A stretch of 64,000 nt of DNA. Origin: Vulcanimicrobiota bacterium (lineage in GTDB: Bacteria > Vulcanimicrobiota > Vulcanimicrobiia > Eremiobacterales > Eremiobacteraceae). The first letter of the stretch is position 1. The number at the start of each line of letters is the position of its first letter. Both the position numbers and the translations under genes were made by a program. The notes under the pieces were generated by a model. The model made no database searches and was not told the origin of the DNA. It saw nothing but the letters and a program-made list of their open reading frames with translations. Positions 11,401 through 23,798 of this stretch are shown piece by piece. Where the stretch lies: the NCBI GenBank assembly GCA_963805945.1, contig CAWDVP010000002.1:288001-352000 (forward strand), in the 5' to 3' direction.

Positions 11401-13734
11401 TCGCGGTGCCGGCATCGAGCGGCAGGCCCGCGCCGCGCATCGCGCGCACGTCGATGCCGCTCGCCCAGAGACCCGTCGCCGCGCCGAGCGCGCCCGGCCG
11501 CGCTCACCGCGCCGCCCAACGCGTCCGCGCTTGCGGCGAAACGCATCGCGTCACCGTCGCCGCCGCTCGCGATGAGCGCGACGTCGTACAGCGGCACGCC
11601 GCCCACCGACGCGGCGCCGCCGGGGAAGGTCAGCGACGGCGGCCCAGCCGCCGCTGTTGATCGCCGCTTCGAAGCCGCCAGTCGGCGCGCCCGCTCGCCG
11701 CGACGCCCGCGACTGCTGGAAGGCTATCGAGGTTGAGCGAGCCGTCGCCGCGCAGCGCGATCGAGTACGCCAGAGCTTGGCAGGCTCGATGCGCGCCGCG
11801 CCGCGTGCGCGCAGCGTCACGTCGCGGCCGGCGATCGACGCCTCGTCCACCGCGACGCGCGGTCCGGCGCCGTGCGCGCGCAACCGCACGTCGTCGAGCG
11901 CCCGGCCGGCGACCAGCATGTCGCGGCCGCGCAGGTCGACGGCGGTGAGCAGCGCTCCGCTCGCGTCGTCGGAGCCGTGCAGCACCGCGACGCCGTCGAT
12001 CGTGCCCGAGGACGCCGGGATCCAGATCGACGGGAGTGAGGCCGGGCAGCGCGACCGCGCTGCTCGACAGACGCAGCGGCGCGTGCGATGCGACGATGCT
12101 CGCGAACAACGAGCGCGCTGGGAGCAGCGGATCGGTCACGGTCGCATCAGGGGGTGCGCGCTGATACGACGTGCCGCGCGGTGATGTCGCCCTTCGGCCA
12201 CGCCACCATCGCCGCCCCGAACGCCGCTTCGCCGAAACGGCCGGCGATGGCGGTCCGCATCGTCGCCCGTTCTCCGCGGAAGGTGCGCGCGAAGACGTTG
12301 AACTCCGCAGAATCGACCGGGCCCGCGAGCGAGAGCTGCGCCTGCACGCTGCCCTGCCGATTGAGGCTGGCCGCGAGCGGCACGCTCGCGACGGGCAGCG
12401 ATGCGCCCGCACGCAGCTGGACGATCGGGACCTTCGCCGACGAAGTCGACGTCGCCGTCGCCCCAGAGCGTGCCGCCCGCATAGCCGGCCCCGGCGTGTT
12501 CCAGCGTGACGTGCCCATCATTATAATAGAAGAAAGCGTGCGGCTGCTGCAGGGGCGCTCCGCCGACGCGGGCGACCCCGCCCGACGTCACCTCTCCGGC
12601 GACCCGCGGCCCGTCGATCGGGCCGTCCACGCGCAACGTCGCGTCGAAGGGGCCCGCGAGCGGCGCATGCCGGCTCGCTTCGAAGAGCGCGCGCGCTTGA
12701 TGGAAGTCGCCCGCGGCGTGTGCCCGCAGCGTGAGCCGCAGGTCGCCGCCCAGCAGACGGATGCTGCCGTTCGCCTTGAGCGGAATGCTCGCGATGTCGC
12801 CGCGCACGGCATCGAAGCCGAGGTAGCCGCCGCGCAGATGCACCGTGCCGGCGAGATCGCGCACCGGCGCGGCCAGCGGCATGACGTGCAGTCGTCCGAC
12901 GCGGACGTCGGCGCTGCCGCTCAGTTGCCACACCGGTCCCCGCTCCGCGGTGTAGCCCGCGTCGAACGCGCGCAGCGTCACATCCGCCACCCCGCGTTCG
13001 AAGACGAGGTGTGGTGTGGAGATGAATGCGTCGAGCGGGGGCGCGAGCGCCGCCGAGGGCGCGACGACCACCAGCTCGGCGAAGCCGACCGAGTCGTCTT
13101 GCGAGAGCGCCGCGCTGATCTGCGAGGTCATGCCTTCGGCCGCGTAGCGCGCGCGCAGCGCGCCGATGTCGCGCCCGCGATGCAGCGTCGCGTCGGCGTC
13201 TATGGCGTCGATAGAGAACGAGCGGCCGGGCGCGCCGTACGCGGTCGGGTTTTCGACGTCGATGCGTCCGCCCTCGACGCGCAGCCGGCAATCGAACGGC
13301 GTACGGTTCCCCGATGGGTAGCCCGACCGCGCGGGCTGTGCGGCCGTTGCGCTGATGAATGAAGAAAGGTCGGTCGAGCCGTCCGGCAGCACGAAGATCC
13401 GCAGCACCGGCCGCTGCGCGTCGATCGCGCGCAGGCCATAGCGGCGGTCGCTGCGGCCGACGAGTCCATGCCAATCGAAGTCGACGGCGAGCCGTTGGAT
13501 CGCGAGGACGCGGCCGTGTGCATCGTCGATCTCGACGTCCGTCGCGACAAGCCTGTCAGTGGTGACTTGTAATCGGCCGGTGAAGTGCATGCCGTGCGAT
13601 GCCAGCCATATCGCGATGCCGGCGCGCACGAGCGCGCTGCGCGGGCCTTCGAAGCACAGCGCGCCGAAGAACAGCAGCGCGACGATCGCGACGGCGGCGG
13701 CGATGCGGAGGAGGGCGGTGCGAAGCGCGGCCAT
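8498..13734 (-). CDS. tamB: TamB/AsmA-like translocation and assembly protein (many frameshifts)
   Basis: N-terminal TM anchor, long beta-taco-like repeats, DUF490-like C-terminus (ALAIDGSVRDPQLTGKFIADRGQLSTFGTTFRLQNGTLTF); directly upstream of bamA. Confidence 0.75.
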
Positions 13735-13782
13735 GCCCGCTGCTTATTCCCCGATACGCGGGGTCATACCCGGAGGCCCGGT

Positions 13783-15754
<1,972 letters not shown>

Positions 15755-15774
15755 TTACATCACATGTAGCCTTG

Positions 15775-16728
15775 CTATGATAGTTTCTCGCGAGCGGGGC
15801 GCGGCGCCTTTCGCGCGGGCGGCGGTGCGTGGAGCGCGTCGGCCCATTCGCGGCCCAGCACGTCGCTCACGACGGCTTTGCTGATCGCCGACTGCGGCCG
15901 CTGCGCCACCATCATGACGTAGCTCCACGCCGTGACGCGGTCGGCCGCCTCGAGCGCGCCGCGTCGTAGGCGCGCGCGCGCGTTGTAGAGCTGTTGCTCC
16001 CACGACGTCAGCAAGCCGCGCCGCACCCGTTCGTAGCCGCCCTTGCGCATGTGGGGCAACTGCGCCGCGACTTCGGCACGGCCCAGCCACGGCGCGACGG
16101 TGAGCACGTGCGCGATCTTGCCGTCATCCGCTCGACGGAGTTCTTCGGCGCACGGCCCGCACAGAGCGCCCACACCGAGGGCTGGGCCGGGCGACCAATT
16201 ACCGCACGACGTGCAGCGCTGCCAACCATCCTGCGCACGCTGCCGATCGAGACGCGCCTTGCTCGCGGCGCAACTGCGCGACGAGACCCGCGATATCATC
16301 CCCCTCGAGGGCGCTGCCGTCAAGGGTCGTCGCGCCGCGGCAGCTCCAGTAGCGCCCGAGCGAAGTTCGGGCCTTGACCGCTTATCCGGATCCGCCGCGC
16401 CCGCGGCGCCGGCGAGCAGCGCGCGGCTTCGGCCGGTCGCGACGGTGAACTTGAGCCGGCGCACATCGATGCCCGGACAACGCTCTCGCAAGCGTTCGAT
16501 GATGGTCGGCGCGAGAAACGTGAGCTGATGGCTCCATGCGCTGCTCGGCGTGATCACCGCGAGCGTGCCGTCGCGATAGCCGGACGTCCGCGTCCGGCGC
16601 GCGACGTCGGCGCCGACCGCATCGGGCCACGCGGCCGCGAGCGCGCCCGCTTCGCCGCCGGGCTGCGCGCGTTCGCCTGCCGGCCGCCAACCTGCCAGCA
16701 GCGATCGCAAGGTCTTCGGCCCGTTCAT
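15775..16728 (-). CDS. DUF721/DciA-family protein with Zn-ribbon and C-terminal extension
   Basis: WPDAVGADVARRT, SSAWSHQLTFLAPTIIERL; CTSC..CGPC; located between recF and gyrB. Confidence 0.75.
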   Translation of the reverse strand: MNGPKTLRSLLAGWRPAGERAQPGGEAGALAAAWPDAVGADVARRTRTSGYRDGTLAVITPSSAWSHQLTFLAPTIIERLRERCPGIDVRRLKFTVATGRSRALLAGAAGAADPDKRSRPELRSGATGAAAARRPLTAAPSRGMISRVSSRSCAASKARLDRQRAQDGWQRCTSCGNWSPGPALGVGALCGPCAEELRRADDGKIAHVLTVAPWLGRAEVAAQLPHMRKGGYERVRRGLLTSWEQQLYNARARLRRGALEAADRVTAWSYVMMVAQRPQSAISKAVVSDVLGREWADALHAPPPARKAPRPAREKLS

Positions 16729-17849
16729 GCGCTCACGCCCGCTTCGACGGCAGTGATGGCTCCGGCGCGCACTTCGACGACGCGGCTGGCGTGCAGCGGC
16801 GCCGCATCGGCGAGATCGGTCGCGGTGATGAACGCCTGCTCGAAGCCGGCGATGCCGGACAAGAACGCCCGCCGTCGATCGGCATCGAGTTCGGAGAGCA
16901 CGTCGTCGAGCAGCAGCAGCGGCGCCTCGCCGGCCGCCGCATGCAAGAGCGCGTATTCAGCCGCTTTGAGCGCGAGCACGGCGGTGCGCTGCTGGCCCTG
17001 CGAGCCGTAGCGCGCCAGGGAACGGCCGCCGAGCGTGATGCCGATGTCGTCGCGGTGCGGACCGACGAGCGATACCTTGCGCGCGGCTTCTGCCGGCGCC
17101 ATCTGCACGAGCGCTTCGGCGAGGCGCGCTGCGACCGCGCCGGGCGATTCATCGGGCTGCGCCGGCGACGGCGCGTAGTGCACCTCGAGCTCCTCGTGGC
17201 TGCCGACCCAGCGCGCATGCGCGGCCGCGGCTTCGTGCGTCAACCGGCGCACGTACGGCGCACGCGCGCACACGAGCCGTGTGCCGAGTTCGACGAACTG
17301 CTCGTTGTACGTCGCGAGCAGCGCGCGGTCGCCGGCGTCGCGCGATCGCAAGAACGCGTTCTTCTGCGCGAGCACCTTGACGAAGGCCGCGAGGTCGCCG
17401 TAATAGCCGCGATCGGTCTGCGAGATGGTCGCGTTGATGAGCCGGCGCCGCAGACTCGCGGGGCCGGTGATGAGGCCGAGGTCCGCCGGCACGAAGGTCA
17501 CCGCGGTGACGCCGCCGAGGAAATGTGCATACGAAACGCCGCGGCCGTTGCGCACGAAGCGTTTGCGCGCGCCTTCGCCGGCACGCGTGATGAAGCAGCC
17601 GGCGGTCGTCTCGCCCATGCGCGTGCGCACGCGCGCGGTCACGCTCGCGGCGGGCGCGTCGAAGCGTATGAGATCGGCCTCGCGACCCGGACGAAACGAT
17701 TTGCCGAGCGCGAGCAGCGCGAGCGCCTCGAGCAGATTGGACTTGCCTTGTGCGTTCGCACCCGTGAGGACGCACGCGCCCTCCGGCGGTTCGAAGCGGA
17801 GGGCGGCGTAGTTGCGGAAGTTCGACAGTTCGAGCGAGAGGACGCGCAC
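16725..17849 (-). CDS. recF: DNA replication/repair protein RecF
   Basis: GTG start 17849; LSNFRNY, GANAQGKSNLLEA, GPHRDD, SQGQQR, LLLDDVLSELD. Confidence 0.95.
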   Translation of the reverse strand: MRVLSLELSNFRNYAALRFEPPEGACVLTGANAQGKSNLLEALALLALGKSFRPGREADLIRFDAPAASVTARVRTRMGETTAGCFITRAGEGARKRFVRNGRGVSYAHFLGGVTAVTFVPADLGLITGPASLRRRLINATISQTDRGYYGDLAAFVKVLAQKNAFLRSRDAGDRALLATYNEQFVELGTRLVCARAPYVRRLTHEAAAAHARWVGSHEELEVHYAPSPAQPDESPGAVAARLAEALVQMAPAEAARKVSLVGPHRDDIGITLGGRSLARYGSQGQQRTAVLALKAAEYALLHAAAGEAPLLLLDDVLSELDADRRRAFLSGIAGFEQAFITATDLADAAPLHASRVVEVRAGAITAVEAGVSA

Positions 17850-17854
17850 GGGCG

Positions 17855-18967
17855 TTACTGGCGCAGCGGCATGAGGATGTAGAGCTGGCGTTCGGCGAGC
17901 TCGCCCGTGGCGGGGCGCAACGCGCCGGGATTGAGCGCGCCCTGGAAGCTCATCGCGACGGTGTCGCTTGCCACGTGATTGAGGATCTCGACGAGATACT
18001 TCGCGTTGAAGGCGATGGTGAGCGCCTCGCCGGTGCGCTCGACGTCGATCTCCTCGTACGCCGTGCCCGCGGTGTCCGAGCTTGCGGTGATGACCAGGCT
18101 CGTGCCGTCCATGGCGAGCTTGACCATGCTGGCGCGATCGCCGGCGATCTGCTCGGCGCGTTTGAGGCTGCCGAGCATCTGCTCGGTGCTCGCGATGACG
18201 CGCTTGTCGAACTCCTTGGGGATGACTTGTTGATAGTTGGGATACTGCCCGTCGATCAGCCGCGCGATCACCTTGACGTCGCCCGTGTTGAAGACGAGCT
18301 GATTGGACTGGCCGCCCAAGACGGTCGCTTCGATGATGCCGCCGCTGGCCGCGCGCACCACTTCGCCCAACGCGCGCGCCGGCACGATGAGCTTCGCGGG
18401 CGTCTTGATGGGCTCGGCGAGCGCGAGCGAATAGCGCGCCAGCCGGTAGCCGTCGGTGGCGACCATGGTGAGCGAACTGCCTTCCAGTTCCAGCAGCGTG
18501 CCCATGAGCACCGGGCCGCGCGCCTCTTCGCTCGAGGCGGCGAACGTCACCGCAGACGCGGCGTCGCGGAACGCTTTGGCGTCGATGCGGAACTGATCCG
18601 CGGACTTGCCCTCGGGCAACGGCGGAAATTCTTCCGGTGGCAAGGCGAAGAACTCGTAGTTGGAGCGCGCGCACTTGACGCTGGCGCGGCTCGCCGTGCC
18701 TGCCATCTCAAGCGTGGCCGCCGGCAGGTTGGCGAGATAGCCGGAGAACAGCCGCGCCGGCACGGTGCACTGCCCTTCCTCGGTCACTTCGGCGGTGAAC
18801 GCGTTCTCCAGCGTCAGCTCGAGGTCGGTGGCACGCACGCTCACCCGGCCCTTGCGCGCCGACAGCAAGACGTTGCCCAAGATCGGCATGGTCGTATGCG
18901 CGTTGACCACTTTGCTGGCCGCGGCGACGGCGCCCGCGATCTCCTTCGCGTTGCAGCTGAACTTCAT
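17855..18967 (-). CDS. dnaN: DNA polymerase III beta clamp
   Basis: MKFSC start, PILGNVLL, ATDLEL, VATDGYRLA, RLIDGQYPNY, ILMPLR. Confidence 0.95.
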   Translation of the reverse strand: MKFSCNAKEIAGAVAAASKVVNAHTTMPILGNVLLSARKGRVSVRATDLELTLENAFTAEVTEEGQCTVPARLFSGYLANLPAATLEMAGTASRASVKCARSNYEFFALPPEEFPPLPEGKSADQFRIDAKAFRDAASAVTFAASSEEARGPVLMGTLLELEGSSLTMVATDGYRLARYSLALAEPIKTPAKLIVPARALGEVVRAASGGIIEATVLGGQSNQLVFNTGDVKVIARLIDGQYPNYQQVIPKEFDKRVIASTEQMLGSLKRAEQIAGDRASMVKLAMDGTSLVITASSDTAGTAYEEIDVERTGEALTIAFNAKYLVEILNHVASDTVAMSFQGALNPGALRPATGELAERQLYILMPLRQ

Positions 18968-19009
18968 CCGTGTCCCTCGTGTCGTGCGTTGTGGAGCGGG
19001 CGAGTTCAC

Positions 19010-19283
19010 TCGACCGTGTGGGTCGTAGTTATTCGCAACGTCTCCGAGTTCATCCCGAGTCCTTATAAGATTTCTTTATGTCATCGTCTTCATAGTAGAG
19101 CGGTGCACACTGGGGATGGAGCATCGCCACCTGCGGCGGCGGGGCTTTGCGCGTGTGGCCGGCTGTGGAGCGGAACGCTGCACCATGCACCGATCGCACA
19201 GCGGGCGCGCCGGCACGGCGCTGGCCCTGTAGTTGTCCACCCCATCCGCAGCCTATCCACGGGCGGGATGAAACGCCGCCCGT
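19010..19283. other. oriC, dnaA-dnaN part with the probable unwinding element
   Basis: Degenerate DnaA boxes (ttgtccacc near 19234, ctatccacg near 19253, tggggatgg 19111), TAGTAG trio-like run at 19093-19098, AT-rich 19061-19080. Confidence 0.7.
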
Positions 19284-20663
19284 CTAGCCGTCTTGGCTGA
19301 TCGTCGCGACCACGGATTTCAGCTTGCTGCGGAACTCCGGATCATGCTCCATCTGATCTTTGACCTTGTTGCGCGCGTACATCACGGTGGTGTGGTCTTT
19401 CTTGCCGAATTCGCGCGCGATCTGCGGCAGCGACGCGTTGGTGAGGTCGCAGGCGAGATACATCGCGATCTGGCGCGGCACGGTGAGGCGGTGGTCGCGG
19501 CGCTGGCCCTCGAGCTCCTTGAGCGTGATGCCGTGGAAGCGGGCGACCTTCTCCTTGATGAGGGCGATGGTGACCTTGCGCAGCGGCACCTCTTGGATCT
19601 CGTTGCGCAGCACTTCGGTGGCCAGCTCCACGGTGATGGGCTTCTTATAGAGCGAGGCGTAGGCCGTCAGCTTGATGAGCGCGCCCTCGAGCTGGCGGAT
19701 GTTCGACGGGATGATCTTGGCGATGTACGAGGTGACCTCGTGCGGCACATCGATGTGGTCGCTCTCGGCCTTCTTGCGCAGGATCGCCTCGCGCGTCTCG
19801 AGATCGGGCTGCTGGATGTCGGTGAGCAGGCCCCATTCGAACCGCGAGCGCAGGCGGTTCTCCAGCGTCTGGATGTCCTTGGGCGGGCGGTCGCTCGAGA
19901 TGACGAGCTGCTTGCTGGCCTCGTGCAGTGTGTTGAAGGTATGGAAGAACTCTTCTTGCGTCTGCTCTTTGCCCTCCAGGAACTGGATGTCGTCGATGAG
20001 CAGCACGTCGACCGTGCGATAGCGGTTGCGGAACTCCACCGTCTGGTTGTTCTTGATGGCGGTGATGAACTCGTTGGTGAACGTCTCGGAAGAGACGTAG
20101 ACGACGCGCGCTTTCGGATCGGACATGATGACGCGATGGCCGATGGCGTGCATGAGGTGGGTCTTGCCCAGTCCGACCGCGCCATAGATGAAGAGGGGAT
20201 TGTACGCGCGCGCCGGCGAGTCGGCCACCGCCTGGGCGGCCGCGTGCGCGAAGCGGTTGGTGGCGCCGACGACGAACTGCTCGAAGGTGTAGCGATCGGT
20301 TAGCCCGGTGAGCCGGAAATCGTCGTTGACCGGCTCCGGCGCGGCAGCCGTTTCCGTGGCCGGCTGGGCCGCCTGTCCCGTTCCTTGGTCCACGACGTCC
20401 TCGATGACGAAGCGGACGTTCATGGGTGCCCCCATGATCTCGGTGAGCGTCCCCAAGATGGTGCTCTTCAACCGGTTCTCGGCCCAATCTTTGGCAAAGG
20501 CGTTCTGCACGGTGAGGGTGATCTCGTCAGGCGTCATGCGCGTGACGCGCATCGGCTTTATCCATGTCTCGAAGATCGGTTTGGTGAATCGATTTTCCAG
20601 CGCGCCCAGACAGCTCTGCCACAGATATTCTTCGTTGGTGCCGATGACGGTTGCCACTTCCAT
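19284..20663 (-). CDS. dnaA: Chromosomal replication initiator
   Basis: YNPLFIYGAVGLGKTHL, LLIDDIQFL, RLRSRFEWGL, KKDHTTVMYA; start probably ATG 20663. Confidence 0.97.
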   Translation of the reverse strand: MEVATVIGTNEEYLWQSCLGALENRFTKPIFETWIKPMRVTRMTPDEITLTVQNAFAKDWAENRLKSTILGTLTEIMGAPMNVRFVIEDVVDQGTGQAAQPATETAAAPEPVNDDFRLTGLTDRYTFEQFVVGATNRFAHAAAQAVADSPARAYNPLFIYGAVGLGKTHLMHAIGHRVIMSDPKARVVYVSSETFTNEFITAIKNNQTVEFRNRYRTVDVLLIDDIQFLEGKEQTQEEFFHTFNTLHEASKQLVISSDRPPKDIQTLENRLRSRFEWGLLTDIQQPDLETREAILRKKAESDHIDVPHEVTSYIAKIIPSNIRQLEGALIKLTAYASLYKKPITVELATEVLRNEIQEVPLRKVTIALIKEKVARFHGITLKELEGQRRDHRLTVPRQIAMYLACDLTNASLPQIAREFGKKDHTTVMYARNKVKDQMEHDPEFRSKLKSVVATISQDG

Positions 20664-20778
20664 CACATCTTTCTCTCGTTCGTAAAGGAATGGTCGTCCG
20701 AGTCGAGACACGGAAACGGACGGGCTCGCCGCTTTAGGGAGCGCAACGCCTTATTCCTTCGAGGTTTGCGCGGTTTTT

Positions 20779-21125
20779 CTATGCACATATCCACAGCAAA
20801 AGCACGGACGATGTGCATGGCTTTCGGACGTGTGCGCGCGAGTCCCCGCACTGTCTGCCCGCGCGCGTCCGGCGACGCCGTTTCTTGCGCGCGCGCGTGC
20901 CGTATGACGATGCGGGCGATCGGGGCGCTCAAAATCGCCGAAAAACGCGCAAGTCGAGGCTGCACGGGAGCCGGCGCCACCCCTGATTCCTATGCACAAC
21001 GTTATCCACAGGTGTGGATGAGGCGCTATCCTCGCCGGCTCGGATCGCATGAAGCCAGGAAAGACATAGCTTTGCGGCCTTTTTCAGCGCGCCGCCCCCG
21101 CGCGCTCATGCACCGCTTGTCCACC
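20779..21125. promoter_or_regulatory. DnaA-box cluster between dnaA and rpmH
   Basis: Perfect TTATCCACA 21002-21010; near matches ctatgcaca 20779 and 20990, atatccaca 20787, tgtggatga 21013, ttgtccacc 21117. Confidence 0.85.
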
Positions 21126-21198
21126 CCCTGGGCGGCGGACACCCATGCGGGGCTCCCAGGCGCCTGCCCCACGAGTCGCAGCGCGCCGCCTGGCTTTC

Positions 21199-21228
21199 TT
21201 GACGGTTCCGCGCCGGAGCCGCTATAAT
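21199..21228 (+). promoter_or_regulatory. Sigma70-type promoter of rpmH
   Basis: TTGACG-N18-TATAAT about 70 bp upstream of rpmH. Confidence 0.7.
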
Positions 21229-21300
21229 TACCGTTCATCGCCGAATTTCGCTCAAGTGCCGCCCCGCGCGGCACTTGCAATGTAGGAGTCCCTGGAAACT

Positions 21301-21438
21301 GTGAAACGTACTTTTCAGCCGCACAACCGCCGGCGCAAGCGGACCCATGGGTTCCGCTCCCGCATGGCCACCGCCAACGGCCGGCGCGTGCTCGCGGCGC
21401 GGCGCCGCAAGGGGCGCCAGCGCCTCACGCCGGACTAG
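21301..21438 (+). CDS. rpmH: 50S ribosomal protein L34 (not in ORF track)
   Basis: GTG start: [45 protein letters not shown]. Confidence 0.97.
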   Translation: MKRTFQPHNRRRKRTHGFRSRMATANGRRVLAARRRKGRQRLTPD

Positions 21439-21452
21439 GTCCTCGCACGACG

Positions 21453-21826
21453 TTGGCCGTGCGCACATTCGACAGCTTGCGCGGCCGGCGAGAATTCACG
21501 ACTAGTGATCCGCCGCGGCACGGCGGCCGCGGCAAACGCGCTCACGGTGTTCGGCTTCGCGCCGCGACCAGAAACGCGCCGCACGAAAGTGGGCATCGTC
21601 GTGCCGAAGACCGTGGGCAAAGCGGTCGATCGCAACCGGCTGCGTCGCCGGTGCAAAGCGATCCTCGATCGCGCGGCGCTCGGTGCGCCGCATCGTTGGT
21701 ACGTCATCCAGTGCCGGCCCGGGGCGGCCGCGACTGACATTTGAAGAGTTGGGCAGACATCTCATGAGCGCTTTGGCTCGCTCGCAACGCCCGCGGCCGG
21801 CGGGGAACGCCCGGAGCCGCACGTGA
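21453..21826 (+). CDS. rnpA: RNase P protein component (frameshifted)
   Basis: [30 protein letters not shown]; between rpmH and yidD. Confidence 0.85.
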
Positions 21827-22029
21827 ATCCGCTGGTCGTCGCGATCCGCGCCTATCAGCGCACGCTGTCGAAGATGTTGCCGAGCGCGTGCCGCTTCACG
21901 CCCTCGTGCTCGGAGTACGCCGCGCAGGCGATCGAGCGCTACGGCAGCGCGAAGGGTTCGGCGCTCGCCGCCAAGAGGCTGCTGCGCTGTCAGCCCTGGC
22001 ATCCCGGCGGCCACGATCCGGTCCCGTAG
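21823..22029 (+). CDS. yidD: Membrane protein insertion efficiency factor
   Basis: [28 protein letters not shown]. Confidence 0.95.
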   Translation: MNPLVVAIRAYQRTLSKMLPSACRFTPSCSEYAAQAIERYGSAKGSALAAKRLLRCQPWHPGGHDPVP

Positions 22030-22049
22030 ACGTTAGATAAAGAAGAGGC

Positions 22050-23024
22050 ATGTTGATAGTCGCGAGTCTTGCTCACAGCGCGTTGTTCGGAGTGCTCGGG
22101 TTCGTCAACCCGTTCGGCGCCGCATTCGACTCGTTGGCCCATCTCATCGGCAGCGGGTTGGATTGGATCAACGGCATCACCCACAACTACGGCTGGTCGA
22201 TGCTCGTCTTCGCGCTCGCCGTCCGCGTCGCGCTTATCCCGCTCTTCTTGCAGCAGTTCAAGTCCATGAAAGAGATGCAGGCGCTCGCGCCCTACCTCAA
22301 GCGGCTGCAGACCAAGTACAAGGACAACAAGACCAAGCTCCAAGAGGAGACGATGGCGCTGTATCGCGAGCACGGCGTCAACCCGCTCGGCGGCTGTCTG
22401 CCCATCCTCGTGCAGATGCCGATCCTGTTCGCGGTGTACCGCGCGATCACGCTCCACAACGAGCAGTTCAAGAGCGCGACCTGGGCCTGGATCGGCTCGC
22501 CGATGTCGCATCAGTACTCGCACATCCTCGCGACCAATCTCTTCCAGCCCGACAAAGTGCTGCTGTTCGCTTATGCGGTGTCGCTGTATTTCTCGATGCG
22601 TCTCACGCCGACGGGGTCGATGGAGCCGTCGCAGCAGCAGATGATGAAGATCCAAGCGCTCATGATGCCGGTCGTCTTGTTCTTCATCGGGCAGGGCTGG
22701 TCGTCGGCGTTCGTGCTCTACTGGCTGGGCTTCAACCTCATCAGCATGCTGCAGCAATGGCTCATCATGCGCGCGCCCTCGCGCATCGGCCAGCCGCCCG
22801 CCGAGACGCCCGCGACGCTGGCCGGCTATCCGCTGGACTGCCCGTCGTGCAACGAGCGGCTCGTCGTGGTCAAGGGCAGCAAGTGCGAGAAGTGCGGCGC
22901 CAAGGTGCGCAAGCTCGCGCCCGGCGCCAACGGGGCTGCCGCGGCGCCGACATTTCAGATTTCCGGCGGCGCACAGCCCGCCGGCAACGGCAAACAGACT
23001 GGGGGAGGCGCGAGGAACTCATGA
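22050..23024 (+). CDS. yidC: YidC/Oxa1 membrane insertase, short type, with C-terminal Cys4 tail
   Basis: NYGWS, MALYREHGVNPLGGCLPILVQMPI, LYWLGFNLISMLQQ. Confidence 0.9.
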   Translation: MLIVASLAHSALFGVLGFVNPFGAAFDSLAHLIGSGLDWINGITHNYGWSMLVFALAVRVALIPLFLQQFKSMKEMQALAPYLKRLQTKYKDNKTKLQEETMALYREHGVNPLGGCLPILVQMPILFAVYRAITLHNEQFKSATWAWIGSPMSHQYSHILATNLFQPDKVLLFAYAVSLYFSMRLTPTGSMEPSQQQMMKIQALMMPVVLFFIGQGWSSAFVLYWLGFNLISMLQQWLIMRAPSRIGQPPAETPATLAGYPLDCPSCNERLVVVKGSKCEKCGAKVRKLAPGANGAAAAPTFQISGGAQPAGNGKQTGGGARNS

Positions 23025-23773
23025 GCGGTTACGGTTCGAACTACGGCGGGCGCGGCGATCGGCCGCGCGGTGGCGGTTCGCGGGTACGCGCTGGCGGCGG
23101 CTCGCGCGGCGGGCCGCGTTCGGGAGGCTACGGCCGTGACGGCGGGCGCAACGGCGGCTACCGCGAAAGCGCCGGCCGGCCGGTGAAGCAGACATGTCCG
23201 CCCGAGCTGCGCGATTCGTTCTTGGAGGCGCGCGATTTCTTAGCGGGCCTCATCTCGGCGCTCGGCTTGCCCGCGCGCATCTCGTTCGGCGGCATCGAGC
23301 CGGCGCGCGACGGACGCCAGGTGATGATCGACGTGCGCGGTTTGCGCCCGGGCGCGCCGCCGGACCGCTTCCGGCGCGACGAAGAGCCCGATGACGACGA
23401 TCTCGGCATCTTGATCGGCAAGCACGGCGCGATGATCGACGCGCTCACCGCGATCACCAACGCGATGATGCACCGCGGCGAATCCGAAGGGCTGTTCTTC
23501 GCGGTCGACGTCGAAGGCTATCGTTCGCGGCGTCTCGCGACGCTGCGCTCGATCGCGCAGCGCAGCGCGGATCGCGTCTTGCGCGAAGGCGTGGCGCTCG
23601 AATTGGCGCCGATGCCGCCGTCGGAACGGCGCATCGTGCACATGACGCTCGCCTCGCACCCGAGCCTCGCCACCGAATCGACCGGCAGCGGGATCAACCG
23701 GCGCGTCGTCATCGTGCCGCGCGGCCGCGTTGCGGCGCCCGCCGATTATCCGCCCGAAGAGTCCGACTACTAA
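23021..23773 (+). CDS. jag: Jag/KhpB (EloR) RNA-binding protein, KH plus R3H
   Basis: ATG 23021; LGILIGKHG, VDVEGYR, PMPPSERRIVHMTL, TESTGSGINRRVVI. Confidence 0.85.
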   Translation: MSGYGSNYGGRGDRPRGGGSRVRAGGGSRGGPRSGGYGRDGGRNGGYRESAGRPVKQTCPPELRDSFLEARDFLAGLISALGLPARISFGGIEPARDGRQVMIDVRGLRPGAPPDRFRRDEEPDDDDLGILIGKHGAMIDALTAITNAMMHRGESEGLFFAVDVEGYRSRRLATLRSIAQRSADRVLREGVALELAPMPPSERRIVHMTLASHPSLATESTGSGINRRVVIVPRGRVAAPADYPPEESDY

Positions 23774-23798
23774 CACCGCGTCGCCCGGGAGCGACCGC

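Noticed and set aside
16725..18674. Apparent 649-aa RecF, 804-aa DUF4760-like (39817..42231), 827-aa (50720..53203) and 536-aa Jag (22163..23773) fusions
   Set aside because: The upstream parts are stop-free alternative frames over neighbouring genes; better starts lie downstream
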